Source: an uncultured Bifidobacteriaceae bacterium
GTDB lineage: Bacteria; Actinomycetota; Actinomycetes; S36-B12
Reading direction: 5' to 3'
Assembly: GCA_964495555.1 (NCBI GenBank)
Contig: CAZBWA010000001.1
Location: 9,873 to 73,872 of the forward strand
DNA length: 64,000 nt
Below are positions 35,688-47,786 of the stretch, piece after piece (the first letter of the stretch is position 1; each line of letters opens with the position of its first letter). The translations under genes and the position numbers were made by a program. Below the pieces are notes generated by a model. It made no database searches. It worked only from the letters and a program-made list of their open reading frames with translations, and was not told the DNA's origin.

Positions 35688-36742
35688 TGCATCGCATCCG
35701 AGGGGCGCTCAAGGACTACGACTGGGGCATCCCCGATGGGCTCGCGCGGTGGAGCGGCGAAGCCGACGGCCGACCCCAGGCCGAACTCTGGTTCGGGCTG
35801 CACCCCAGCGGTCCCTCCCCGATCATCGACGGTGTCGGCACGTTGGCCGACGCGTGCGCATCCGATGAGGTCCCTCTCCTGGTGAAGCTGCTCGCTGCAG
35901 CCCGACCTCTCTCGATCCAGGTGCATCCCGACGCCACGCAGGCGGCGCGTGGATTCGCCGCCCAAGGCGATGCCGCGATCTACAGCGACGATCGCGAAAA
36001 GACCGAGTTGCTCGTTGCGCTGGAGACGTTCGATGCATTCTGCGGATGGCGGGACGTGACCGAGGCCGCAGCGGTGCTGTCTCACCTCCCCGGTACACAA
36101 CAGACGATCGACGCCCTGCGCGCTGGAGATCGCGTAACCGCCCTGCGCTCCCTACTCGAGTTGGCGAACACAGTCGACCTCGAAGCGTGGAATGCGCAAC
36201 TGCCCGACGCAGTCCGCACCGCGGGGCTCCCGGAGAAGGACGTCCGGGCCTACGCGACCGTCGTGTCCGAGTACCCGCGCGATGCCGGCGTCCCCGCCAC
36301 TGTGCTGTTGGCCTTCATGACCCTCGACCCCGGCGACGCCGTCTACGTCCCCGCGGGGGTCCCGCACAGCTACATCCGTGGGATCGGCCTCGAGGTGATG
36401 ACCTCATCGGACAACGTGCTGCGTCTTGGCCTCACCAGTAAGCCCATGCATATCGACGAGGCCTTCGCATGCTTGGACTGGGAATCCAAACCAGAGATCA
36501 TCCGAGGTCAGTCGCGGATCGCGCCCAGCAGCGCGCCCTTCGCCGTCGACCTGGTCCAGGACGCGTGGGTCGAGACCGGCCGTTATCGCCTGGTGCTGGC
36601 CATCGATGGCCCCATGCACGTGGAGTCGGACGGAGTCCGGCTAGAGCTGGCCCCGGGAGAGTCCCTCGCCCTCACGGCCGAGGAGCCGACGATCCACGTC
36701 CAGTCGGCAGGTCGCGGGGCTGTGGTCCGCGCCACAGCCTGA
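35687..36742 (+). CDS. manA: Mannose-6-phosphate isomerase, class I
   Basis: GTG at 35687 (shares a base with the TAG stop) within ORF 35594..36742. LKDYDWG..AELWFGLHPSGPS..LLVKLLAAARPLSIQVHPD..YVPAGVPHSY. Confidence 0.85.
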   Translation: MHRIRGALKDYDWGIPDGLARWSGEADGRPQAELWFGLHPSGPSPIIDGVGTLADACASDEVPLLVKLLAAARPLSIQVHPDATQAARGFAAQGDAAIYSDDREKTELLVALETFDAFCGWRDVTEAAAVLSHLPGTQQTIDALRAGDRVTALRSLLELANTVDLEAWNAQLPDAVRTAGLPEKDVRAYATVVSEYPRDAGVPATVLLAFMTLDPGDAVYVPAGVPHSYIRGIGLEVMTSSDNVLRLGLTSKPMHIDEAFACLDWESKPEIIRGQSRIAPSSAPFAVDLVQDAWVETGRYRLVLAIDGPMHVESDGVRLELAPGESLALTAEEPTIHVQSAGRGAVVRATA

Positions 36743-36756
36743 CGTGTCCGATGTGC

Positions 36757-36851
36757 GGCACGCCGAGTGTCTGGCAGACTAGGGGTACAGCGGTCCGGAG
36801 CCCTGGTTCCCGCTGGTCCGCGAACCATCGAAGCCTCGTGCCGTTCGCTCC
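36757..36851 (+). promoter_or_regulatory. Structured 5' leader of ahcY (candidate cis-regulatory RNA, unverified)
   Basis: Closing helix GGCAC(36757-61)/GTGCC(36838-42) plus GAG/CTC. Internal 6-bp stem CAGCGG(36788-93)/CCGCTG(36810-15). Its loop GGAGC (36797-801) is complementary to GCTCC (36847-51) downstream, giving pseudoknot potential. Confidence 0.3.
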
Positions 36852-36886
36852 CACACAAGCCGCGTAGGCGTTCACGAGGAGTTGTC

Positions 36887-38344
36887 ATGTCGTTGATCAA
36901 GTCGGATGGAACCCCGGACTACAAGGTGGCCGATCTCGGTCTGGCCGAATTCGGTCGAGACGAGATCCGTCTGGCCGAGCACGAGATGCCCGGCCTGATG
37001 GCCATGCGGGCCGAATACGGCACGAGCAAGCCGTTGTCCGGTGCGCGCATCACCGGGTCGCTGCATATGACCGTGCAGACGGCCGTTCTCATCGAGACCC
37101 TGGTCGCCCTGGGTGCCGACGTGCGCTGGGCCTCCTGCAACATCTTCTCCACGCAGGACCACGCAGCGGCGGCCGTCGTCGTCGGCCCCCACGGCACCCC
37201 GGAGAACCCGCAGGGTGTTCCCGTGTTCGCGTGGAAGGGTGGGACTCTCCCCGAGTACTGGTGGTGCACCGAGCAGGTTCTGCTCTGGCCGGATGGCAAA
37301 GGTCCGAACATGATCCTCGACGACGGTGGGGACGCGACTCTCCTCGTGCACAAGGGAACCGAGTTCGAGGCGGCGGGCGTCGTCCCGCAGCCCGACGAGA
37401 CGACCTCGGAGGAGTACGCGGTGGTCCTGGAGACCCTGCGCCGCAGTCTGACCGAGGATCCGCTGCGCTGGACGACGATCGGTGCCGGGATCAAGGGTGT
37501 GACCGAGGAGACGACCACCGGCGTGCACCGTCTCTACGAGATGATGCGTGATGGTTCCCTTCTCTTCCCGGCGATCAACGTCAATGACTCGGTGACCAAG
37601 AGCAAGTTCGACAACAAGTACGGGTGCCGGCACTCGTTGGTCGACGGCATCAATCGGGCTACGGACACCATGATCGGCGGCAAGGTGGCCGTCGTGTGTG
37701 GCTTCGGCGATGTCGGCAAGGGTTCGGCGGATTCACTGCGTGGCCAGGGTGCCCGCGTGATCATCACCGAGATCGATCCGATCTGCGCCCTGCAGGCTGC
37801 CATGGACGGGTACCAGGTCGCTCGACTCGAGGATGTCATCGACAGTGCGGACATCTTCATCACGGCGACAGGGTGCTACGACGTCATCACCGTCGACCAC
37901 ATGGCCCAGATGAAGCACCAGGCGATCGTGGGCAATATCGGTCACTTCGACAACGAGATCGATATGGCCGGCCTCGCCCAGGTTCCTGGAATCGCACGCA
38001 AGACCATCAAGCCCCAGGTGGACGAGTGGACCTTCCCCGATGGCCACTCAATCATCATGCTGAGCGAAGGACGCTTGCTCAATCTTGGCAACGCCACTGG
38101 CCACCCGTCCTTCGTGATGAGTAACTCGTTCACCAATCAGGTGCTCGCGCAGATCGAGTTGTTCACCAAGCTCGATCAGTATCCGTTGGGCGTGTACACA
38201 TTGCCCAAGCACCTCGACGAGAAGGTCGCGCGCCTGCACCTCGATGCACTGGGGGTCCGACTCACGGAGCTCTCGAAGCCGCAGGCCGAGTACCTCGGCG
38301 TCGACGTCGCCGGACCGTACAAGCCGGAGCACTACCGCTACTAG
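36887..38344 (+). CDS. ahcY: Adenosylhomocysteinase
   Basis: ATG at 36887 (GAGGAG upstream) within ORF 36767..38344. [71 protein letters not shown]. Confidence 0.95.
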   Translation: MSLIKSDGTPDYKVADLGLAEFGRDEIRLAEHEMPGLMAMRAEYGTSKPLSGARITGSLHMTVQTAVLIETLVALGADVRWASCNIFSTQDHAAAAVVVGPHGTPENPQGVPVFAWKGGTLPEYWWCTEQVLLWPDGKGPNMILDDGGDATLLVHKGTEFEAAGVVPQPDETTSEEYAVVLETLRRSLTEDPLRWTTIGAGIKGVTEETTTGVHRLYEMMRDGSLLFPAINVNDSVTKSKFDNKYGCRHSLVDGINRATDTMIGGKVAVVCGFGDVGKGSADSLRGQGARVIITEIDPICALQAAMDGYQVARLEDVIDSADIFITATGCYDVITVDHMAQMKHQAIVGNIGHFDNEIDMAGLAQVPGIARKTIKPQVDEWTFPDGHSIIMLSEGRLLNLGNATGHPSFVMSNSFTNQVLAQIELFTKLDQYPLGVYTLPKHLDEKVARLHLDALGVRLTELSKPQAEYLGVDVAGPYKPEHYRY

Positions 38345-38348
38345 TGGC

Positions 38349-38377
38349 CGCGGGGCCGCACGGTGTGCGGCCCCGCG
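38349..38377 (+). terminator. GC-rich hairpin downstream of ahcY (intrinsic-terminator candidate without a U-tract)
   Basis: Perfect 12-bp stem CGCGGGGCCGCA / TGCGGCCCCGCG with a 5-nt loop CGGTG, starting 5 nt after the ahcY stop. Confidence 0.55.
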
Positions 38378-38389
38378 TAGCCTCCGCCC

Positions 38390-38653
38390 ATGGTTCACAT
38401 CATCGGCGGTATCGGCACGGTCCTCGTCCTCCTGGCCTACTTCCTCGTCTCCACGGGGCGGTTGAAGTCGGCATCCCTGGGCTTCCAGGGGACCAACCTG
38501 GTCGGAGCGGCTCTCCTCACCGTCTATGGATTCATGCTGTTCGCGTGGGCGTCGGTCGCCCTCAACGCGATCTGGGGCCTCATCGCCCTCGTCGCTCTCC
38601 TGCGCGTCCTGCGCGTCCGCCGCCGCACGGAGCCCGTCACACCCGAGAACTAG
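38390..38653 (+). CDS. Small three-helix membrane protein
   Basis: ORF 38390..38653. Three hydrophobic segments (IIGGIGTVLVLLAYFLV, LVGAALLTVYGFMLFAW, ALNAIWGLIALVALL). Resembles small CBU_0592-type membrane proteins from memory only. Confidence 0.5.
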   Translation: MVHIIGGIGTVLVLLAYFLVSTGRLKSASLGFQGTNLVGAALLTVYGFMLFAWASVALNAIWGLIALVALLRVLRVRRRTEPVTPEN

Positions 38654-38662
38654 GTTCGACCC

Positions 38663-39418
38663 ATGTCAGCTCCGCCGGACTATCCGGGATGTCCGGCGAC
38701 GGTCCTCGAGGCCGAGGCGGCCGGCGTTCCCCTGGTGTCACCCCGGTGGGGTGTCCCGTCGGCGATCGTCGCCATCGTGCTATCGATCGTGTTGGCGGTC
38801 ATCGCGGGAGTAGTGACGCTCGGATTAGGTGCCCCGCTCGCCATCACGGTCATCGCCGGAATCGTCGTCCCCTGGATCGGTTTGGCCGGGTGGCCCATGC
38901 TCGTGACGCGGTGGCGGGGCAATGGTCCCCGCATCGACCTGGGATTACGCCTCACGTGGTCCGACGTCGGCTTGGGCATCGGTGTCGGCCTGGCGGGGCT
39001 TCTGATCGCGGTTGTCGTGGCGCTGATCACCCAGGGGATCGCGGGAGACTTCACCTCCGCCGCCGGCGAGATCGCCCTCGAGCTGCAGAGCGAGGGGACT
39101 GCGGCGATGTTCGTCTTCGCCGTCGCGATCATGGTCGGTGCCCCAATCGTCGAGGAGATCGCCTTCCGCGGATTGCTCTTCAATGCCCTGCGCAAGAAGG
39201 GTCTGGGCGTCCTCCTGACGATTCTCATTTCGGCCGCGGTGTTCGCAGCATTCCACTTCGAGCCGATCCGGTTCTTCATCCTGCTGCCCATCGGGATCCT
39301 CTACGGATGGCTGCGCTGGAAAACCGGTGCGCTGGGGGCCCCGATCGTCGCCCATATGGTGAATAACGGCCCCGCCGCCGTAGTCCTTCTCCTGGGCTTG
39401 CCCGAGGTGACACCATAG
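38663..39418 (+). CDS. CPBP family intramembrane glutamic endopeptidase (CAAX protease-like)
   Basis: ORF 38663..39418. Motifs VEEIAFRGLLF, FAAFHF and HMVNN within a polytopic protein. Confidence 0.8.
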   Translation: MSAPPDYPGCPATVLEAEAAGVPLVSPRWGVPSAIVAIVLSIVLAVIAGVVTLGLGAPLAITVIAGIVVPWIGLAGWPMLVTRWRGNGPRIDLGLRLTWSDVGLGIGVGLAGLLIAVVVALITQGIAGDFTSAAGEIALELQSEGTAAMFVFAVAIMVGAPIVEEIAFRGLLFNALRKKGLGVLLTILISAAVFAAFHFEPIRFFILLPIGILYGWLRWKTGALGAPIVAHMVNNGPAAVVLLLGLPEVTP

Positions 39419-39422
39419 GGCC

Positions 39423-40121
39423 ATGTCGAGCCCGGCGGGAATGACTCGAGGCGTGGTCCTCGTCGTCGATGACGACGCCGCCTTGTCGGAGATGTTGGGC
39501 ATCGTCCTGCGGGGCGAGGGGTTCGAGCCTGTCTTCTGCGCCGATGGGTTGAGCGCGCTGGAGGTCTTCCGCAAGACACAGCCCGATGTCGTGCTCCTCG
39601 ATGTGATGCTTCCGGGTCGGGACGGCATCGACGTGTGCCGCGCCATCCGAGCGGAGTCGGGGACGCCCATCGTCATGTTGACGGCCAAGACCGACACGGT
39701 GGACGTCGTCGTGGGTCTCGAGTCCGGCGCCGACGACTACGTGGTGAAGCCCTTCAAGCCCAAGGAGTTAGTCGCACGCATCCGGGCGCGCGTCCGTAGG
39801 CGGGACGACGCCGTGCCCCAATCTCTCTCCATCGGCGATCTCACCATCGACGTCGCCGGGCATACGGTGCGTCGCGGCACGGAACTGCTGGCTCTGACGC
39901 CGCTCGAATTCGACCTTCTCGTATGTCTCGCGCGTAAACCAGGACAGGTGTTCTCGCGAGAGGCCCTCCTCCAGGAGGTATGGGGCTACCGGCATGCCGC
40001 CGATACGCGACTGGTCAACGTCCATGTCCAGCGCCTCCGCGCGAAGATCGAACGGGATCCCGAACGTCCGGACGTGGTGCTGACTGTGCGGGGAGTCGGG
40101 TACAAGGCTGGTCCCGGCTAA
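39423..40121 (+). CDS. mtrA: OmpR-family response regulator MtrA
   Basis: ORF 39423..40121. VLVVDDD..DVVLLDVMLPGRDG..PIVMLTAKTD..GADDYVVKPF, with a winged-helix C-terminus LTPLEFDLL..TVRGVGYK. Followed by mtrB and lpqB. Confidence 0.9.
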   Translation: MSSPAGMTRGVVLVVDDDAALSEMLGIVLRGEGFEPVFCADGLSALEVFRKTQPDVVLLDVMLPGRDGIDVCRAIRAESGTPIVMLTAKTDTVDVVVGLESGADDYVVKPFKPKELVARIRARVRRRDDAVPQSLSIGDLTIDVAGHTVRRGTELLALTPLEFDLLVCLARKPGQVFSREALLQEVWGYRHAADTRLVNVHVQRLRAKIERDPERPDVVLTVRGVGYKAGPG

Positions 40122-40123
40122 CG

Positions 40124-41743
40124 ATGCTGCGCGCACTCCTCTGGCTTCCTCGATCAGTGCGGCGGATCTGGCGGAGATCCCTCCTCGTTCGCGTCACGAT
40201 CACAGCGCTCCTCCTATCGGTGCTCGCCACGGCGGTGCTCGGGCTACTCCTCCTCTCCCGCATCACGACTGGGCTGCTCGACGCCAAGGAGCGCGTCTCC
40301 GTCGGGGAGGCATCGGCGGGCCTGAGTGAGGCGCAACGGCTGCTCGACGCGGCTGACACCGGCCCTGCCGCACCTCCTGCTGCGCGCGTCGTGGACAGTG
40401 TCGTGACCGCGCTCGCCACCCGCGCGGGTTCGCCGGCGACCTTTGACGTGCTGCTCCTGGCGTCGGATCCCTTGGCGGACGCGCCGGAACGCGGGACCAA
40501 CCTCGTGGCGGTATCGAGCATCCCGCAGGCTCTCCGCGACGCAGTGACCTCGAGCAAGCGCCAGTCCTGGACCTACACCGAGATCCGATTCCTCGATGGA
40601 CGCGCTATTCCCGGTCTCGCGGTGGGCGCCCCGCTCACGATCCCGAGCGTCGGCCCCTATGAGCTTTACTACCTGTTCCCGTTGACGCAGGAGCAGCAGA
40701 CCCTCGATCTCGTCCGCAGCTCGCTCGTGGGTTTCGGCGTTATCCTCGTCGTCAGCCTGGGCCTGATCGTCCTCCTCGTCACCCGTCAGGTCGTTCTCCC
40801 CGTGCGGGCGGCTGCGCAGACCGCGCGCCGACTCTCCTCCGGCCATAGGGAGGAGCGGCTGCCGGTCCGGAAGGACGACGACCTCGCGCAATTGGCGCGC
40901 TCCTTCAACGAGATGGCCGAGAGCATCGACCTGCAGATCGGACAGTTGCAGGAACTCTCGCGACTGCAACAGCGTTTCGTGTCGGACGTGTCGCATGAGC
41001 TTCGCACCCCGCTCACCACGATTCGCATGGCCGCGGATGTGATGTACCAGGAGCGCCGAACCTTCGACTCGGACACCGCTCGCAGCGTCGAACTGCTGCA
41101 GAACCAACTGGATAGGTTCGAGGCTCTGCTTGCTGACCTCCTGGAGATCTCCCGCTTCGATGCGGGGGCCGCGATCCTCGACGTCGAGCACGTCGATCTG
41201 GCCACGCTCACGCAACGCGCGATCACGGCCAGCGAACCTCTGGCCCAGCGATCGGGGGTCCGCATCTCCTTCGCCGCCTACTCCCGCCCGTGCGGAGTGC
41301 AATGCGATCCGCGCCGCATCGATCGGATCCTGCGCAATCTCATCGACAACGCGATCGAGCACGCGGACGAGAGCGGGGTGGTGATCGAACTGGCGGGGGA
41401 CAGCGACGTGGCCGCGGTGACCGTGCGCGATTTCGGTGTCGGTTTGCGTCCGGGGGAGTCGTCCCTGGTCTTCAATCGATTCTGGCGAGCCGATCCCGCC
41501 CGAGCACGGACCACGGGGGGTACGGGACTGGGCCTGGCCATCGCGCTCGAGGACGCCCGCCTGCATGGTGGCTGGTTGGAGGCGGACGGCGATCCGGGTC
41601 AGGGTGCATGCTTCCGGCTCACGCTCCCGCGCGAGGCGGGCGGACGGGTGAACCATTCCACCCTTCCTCTCCGCGAGGAGCCTGCCGATGAGACCACGGG
41701 GAGCACCATCGTGATCGACGCGTCGCACGGACCGCGACCATGA
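40124..41743 (+). CDS. mtrB: Sensor histidine kinase MtrB
   Basis: ATG at 40124 within ORF 39980..41743. Two TM segments, a HAMP region, the H-box FVSDVSHELRTPLT, the N-box LRNLIDNAIEH and the G-boxes DFGVGL and GGTGLGLAI. Confidence 0.9.
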   Translation: MLRALLWLPRSVRRIWRRSLLVRVTITALLLSVLATAVLGLLLLSRITTGLLDAKERVSVGEASAGLSEAQRLLDAADTGPAAPPAARVVDSVVTALATRAGSPATFDVLLLASDPLADAPERGTNLVAVSSIPQALRDAVTSSKRQSWTYTEIRFLDGRAIPGLAVGAPLTIPSVGPYELYYLFPLTQEQQTLDLVRSSLVGFGVILVVSLGLIVLLVTRQVVLPVRAAAQTARRLSSGHREERLPVRKDDDLAQLARSFNEMAESIDLQIGQLQELSRLQQRFVSDVSHELRTPLTTIRMAADVMYQERRTFDSDTARSVELLQNQLDRFEALLADLLEISRFDAGAAILDVEHVDLATLTQRAITASEPLAQRSGVRISFAAYSRPCGVQCDPRRIDRILRNLIDNAIEHADESGVVIELAGDSDVAAVTVRDFGVGLRPGESSLVFNRFWRADPARARTTGGTGLGLAIALEDARLHGGWLEADGDPGQGACFRLTLPREAGGRVNHSTLPLREEPADETTGSTIVIDASHGPRP

Positions 41744-43473
41744 ACCGAGCCTGCATCGCGATCCTCGCCGTCGTCGCCCTCGGGGTGGCCGGGTGCTCCT
41801 CCGCAGGCGAGAGCGGGGTACTCAGGGGTCTGTCCGCGCAAGTGCCCACCAGTGGTCCGATCGAGCAGGGTGATCAAGTCGCGAGCTCGGACACGAATCA
41901 GTTCATCCGAGTCATCGCCAGCCCTCCGACCCCGGGCATGACCGCGCTCCAGATCGTGCAGGGATTCCTGGAGTCCTCGGCATCGTTCGACGGGAACCAC
42001 GCCGTCGCCCGCCAGTACCTCACCCCCCAGGCGAGCCAGGACTGGGATCCGGGTGCAGGTGTCCGGGTCTACGAGGGGAATCCGACGTTGACCGAGTCCG
42101 GTCCGACGGTGCGCATGGTGGGAAGCGAGGTCGGCCGGATCGCCGCCGACGGGCGTTACGAGGTGGCGTTGCCCGGGAGCGAGATGCGCCTGCGTTTCGC
42201 CTTGGCCCGCGTCAACGGTGAGATCCGCATCGCGTCCGCGCCCGATGGACTCCTGCTCTCCCAGGTGGACGTGGATCGTGCCTTCCGGAGCCATGCGCTC
42301 TACTTCTTCAACCCCGGCTTCACCAGCCTCGTTCCCGACGTGCGCATGGTGCCGGTGATCGGCCCTGGGCTGGCAACCACGCTCGTCCGCCGACTCATCG
42401 ACGGGCCGAATCCGTGGCTGCAACCGGCCGTGCGTACGGGATTCCCCGCCGGGGTAGACCTCAACATCGAGGCGGTACCGGTCGATGGGGGAATCGCCCG
42501 CGTCGACCTGACCGCGAGCGCGCTCGTCTCGGACACCCCTGCGCGGGTCGCGCTCTCCCAGCAATTGGTCTGGACCCTGCGGCAGGTGCCGGACGTTCAG
42601 TCGGTGTCCATCACCGCCGCGGGTCAGCCGTTCATCGTCCCGGGGGTGCCGAACCCCCAGCCGCGGGACGCATGGCCTGACGTCGATCCGGATGCACTGG
42701 GGCCTGGTGCCCGGGGCTTCGTCGCCACCTCGGTCGGGGTGCGCGAGTTGTTCCTCCAGGGGACCCGTGCCGTGCCCGGGGCGGCCGGGGGCGACGATCC
42801 CGTCATCGGTGACATCGCCGTCTCCTCGGACAGCGGGCAGGTGGCCGGCTTCGACATCGACGGCGTGCTCTACACGGCGCGTCTGGCCGGTGGAGCAGCT
42901 CTGATCGAGCGAGGGATCTACCCGGGAGCGACGAGCCTGGCCTTCGATGGGGAGTCCGTGCTGTGGGTGGTCGACTCGGGTAACTCACTCATCGTCATCG
43001 GGAACGAGCCGCGGGCGATCGTGGTCGATGGCCTCCCGCGCAACGCCCGGCTCGTGGCAGCAGTGCCGTCCCGCGACGGCACACGTGCCGCGCTCATCGT
43101 CCGGGAGTCCCAGCGCTCCACGGTGATGGTGGCACGCATCGTGCGCACCGGCCCCGCCGAGGGTGGACCCATCGCGGTCGAGGCACCGATCCGCGTCGAG
43201 AACCGGTTGGCCGAGGCCGTGGACGTCGCCTGGTCCGGATCCGACTCCCTCGCCGTCTTGGGCAGCGAGAGCGCCGGTTCCCTGCAGGTGTACGACGTCG
43301 CGATCGGTCGCGGTTCCTTGGCCGGGCGGGGGACGCCGGAGGCCCCGATCTCCGTCGCGGCGGCGCCCGGTCTGCCCACCCTCGTGGCCGCCGCGGACGG
43401 GGTCGTCTACGACAACAGCGGGGTCGGCTGGCAGGGGCGCGCGAATGCGTCATCGCCGACGTACCCCAACTGA
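41740..43473 (+). CDS. lpqB: Lipoprotein LpqB
   Basis: ORF 41740..43473 with an ATGA junction to mtrB. Lipobox ALGVAGC at residues 13-19. Conserved third gene of the mtrAB-lpqB operon. Confidence 0.85.
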   Translation: MNRACIAILAVVALGVAGCSSAGESGVLRGLSAQVPTSGPIEQGDQVASSDTNQFIRVIASPPTPGMTALQIVQGFLESSASFDGNHAVARQYLTPQASQDWDPGAGVRVYEGNPTLTESGPTVRMVGSEVGRIAADGRYEVALPGSEMRLRFALARVNGEIRIASAPDGLLLSQVDVDRAFRSHALYFFNPGFTSLVPDVRMVPVIGPGLATTLVRRLIDGPNPWLQPAVRTGFPAGVDLNIEAVPVDGGIARVDLTASALVSDTPARVALSQQLVWTLRQVPDVQSVSITAAGQPFIVPGVPNPQPRDAWPDVDPDALGPGARGFVATSVGVRELFLQGTRAVPGAAGGDDPVIGDIAVSSDSGQVAGFDIDGVLYTARLAGGAALIERGIYPGATSLAFDGESVLWVVDSGNSLIVIGNEPRAIVVDGLPRNARLVAAVPSRDGTRAALIVRESQRSTVMVARIVRTGPAEGGPIAVEAPIRVENRLAEAVDVAWSGSDSLAVLGSESAGSLQVYDVAIGRGSLAGRGTPEAPISVAAAPGLPTLVAAADGVVYDNSGVGWQGRANASSPTYPN

Positions 43474-44145
43474 CGGGGTCCCCGTCAGCGCCACGGCAGC
43501 TGTGAGATGCACGCCCGCGTGCATGAGAGTCGCGGCCGCCTCGCGCATCGTGGCTCCCGTAGTCACGACATCGTCGACCAGGATCGCTGCTTCTGTGGGA
43601 GGTGCGCCGCGCACGCGGAATGCACCGGCTACTGATGCCTGACGATCTGCACCCCCCAGACTCTTATCGGCTCCCGTGACGCGAGAGTCGAGCAGGCACC
43701 GGTGGATGCGCAGGCGGAGGGCGCCCAGGTGGATCGCCTGCTCGAGGACGCGATCGATGGGAGTGAAGCCTCGAGTCCGCCGAGCCACCCTCCGGGAGGG
43801 CATCGGTATGGCGATTTTGGCTGCGCCGTCGTCGATGGCACCCGCATCTGCGAGCGCGGCGGCCAATGCGATCGCGAGCGGGCGTGTCAGGGAGAGATCG
43901 GCATGATCTTTGAATCGGTAGACGATCTGACGACCAGTGCCCGCGTAGTCCAGCGGCGTGATCACGGGCAAGCCCACCCCCGGTGCAACGTCGTCCAGTC
44001 GGAGTCGGGTGTGGAGGCGCACCCGAGGCCGAAGGGCTGTGGAACAGTCGACGCACAGATTCCGGCCCGGACGATCGCACCCGGCACAGCATCGACCCAG
44101 GATCAGGTCCGCCACGGCGGCTCCCCAGTCCCTGGAACGTCCCAT
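43450..44145 (-). CDS. comF: ComF family phosphoribosyltransferase-domain protein
   Basis: ORF 43450..44145. N-terminal CAGCDRPGRNLCVDC zinc-finger-like segment and a C-terminal PRTase loop ILVDDVVTTGATM. Confidence 0.75.
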   Translation of the reverse strand: MGRSRDWGAAVADLILGRCCAGCDRPGRNLCVDCSTALRPRVRLHTRLRLDDVAPGVGLPVITPLDYAGTGRQIVYRFKDHADLSLTRPLAIALAAALADAGAIDDGAAKIAIPMPSRRVARRTRGFTPIDRVLEQAIHLGALRLRIHRCLLDSRVTGADKSLGGADRQASVAGAFRVRGAPPTEAAILVDDVVTTGATMREAAATLMHAGVHLTAAVALTGTPSVGVRRR

Positions 44146-44273
44146 GAGGACAGTCCGCCATAGTCGGCACCGGAACCTCGCACCCGTCGCCTCGACCGGA
44201 GTGGAAATCCCCCTCTGGGGACAACCGCATACGATGAGTGGTCCGTCGTCCTCATGGAAAGGGTCCTCGCGTC

Positions 44274-47059
<2,786 letters not shown>

Positions 47060-47063
<4 letters not shown>

Positions 47064-47584
47064 CGCATCTCGACGGCGGTGACCACCCAACGTCCCCGGT
47101 AGGCCTGCAGACGTAGGGCGACCGCGGACGACCTCTGGGCACCGACGACCACCGCGCTCGCTTCCACGATTCCGGGCGCCACCCTGCAGCAGCGCACACC
47201 TCGAATTCGTCGTAGGCGCGATGTCGACCCCTGGCTTCGGGCGGCAGGGTGTCGAGCAAAGCTGCGACCGCGGGCCGCGAGGAGCGAGAGTTGCGACTTG
47301 GCTACCCAGCGGGTCAGTTGGGCGGGAGGCCGTTCCCCGTGGGCCACTTCGACGATCGCTCGGGTGATCTGGGCAGTCCATGCGACGGGGTCGGGCATCG
47401 CATCTCCAGGACCATCGACGATGTCGACGGGCGCCGCGGGATGGGCGGGGATGCCCGGTGCGACCTGCCAGGAGAGGGGCAGGGTGAGTTGCCGTGGGCC
47501 GTCGGCGAGGCCACCCTCGATGAGGGAGAGGTGCCGTGGCCGTGGCTCGGTCTCGACGGGTAGACGTGACGTGGTGATGCTCAT
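47060..47584 (-). CDS. Rv3235-like conserved actinobacterial protein
   Basis: ATG at 47584 (AGGAGG upstream) within ORF 47060..47653. [60 protein letters not shown] matches my memory of the family found downstream of secA. Confidence 0.65.
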
Positions 47585-47625
47585 GGCCCCTCCTGGGATT
47601 CGACCCTTAGCCTTCATTTGCTGCA

Positions 47626-47720
47626 GTTTGATGCTGTTTGATGAGCCCAGCATCTGCCGGGGTCACGGGGATGTCAAGGGGAAGGGGCTGCCGGTGGACA
47701 ACCCGTGACCTCCGCATCTG
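47626..47720. repeat. Cluster of short direct and inverted repeats in a divergent intergenic region
   Basis: GTTTGATG at 47626 and 47636. GATGCTG (47630-36) / CAGCATC (47648-54). GCATCTG at 47650-56 and 47714-20 flanks the 9-bp inverted repeat GGTCACGGG (47661-69) / CCCGTGACC (47702-10). Confidence 0.6.
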
Positions 47721-47786
47721 GAATGGGCCGCCCTCGTGCGGTCCAAACCGGGTTTCGGGAAGTCGCCCGGGGTCCATCTCAGGGGC

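Noticed and set aside
36767-36886. N-terminal extension of ahcY (ORF start 36767)
   Set aside because: Adenosylhomocysteinase homology starts at MSLIKSDG (36887), which has a good SD. I treat the extension as a leader.
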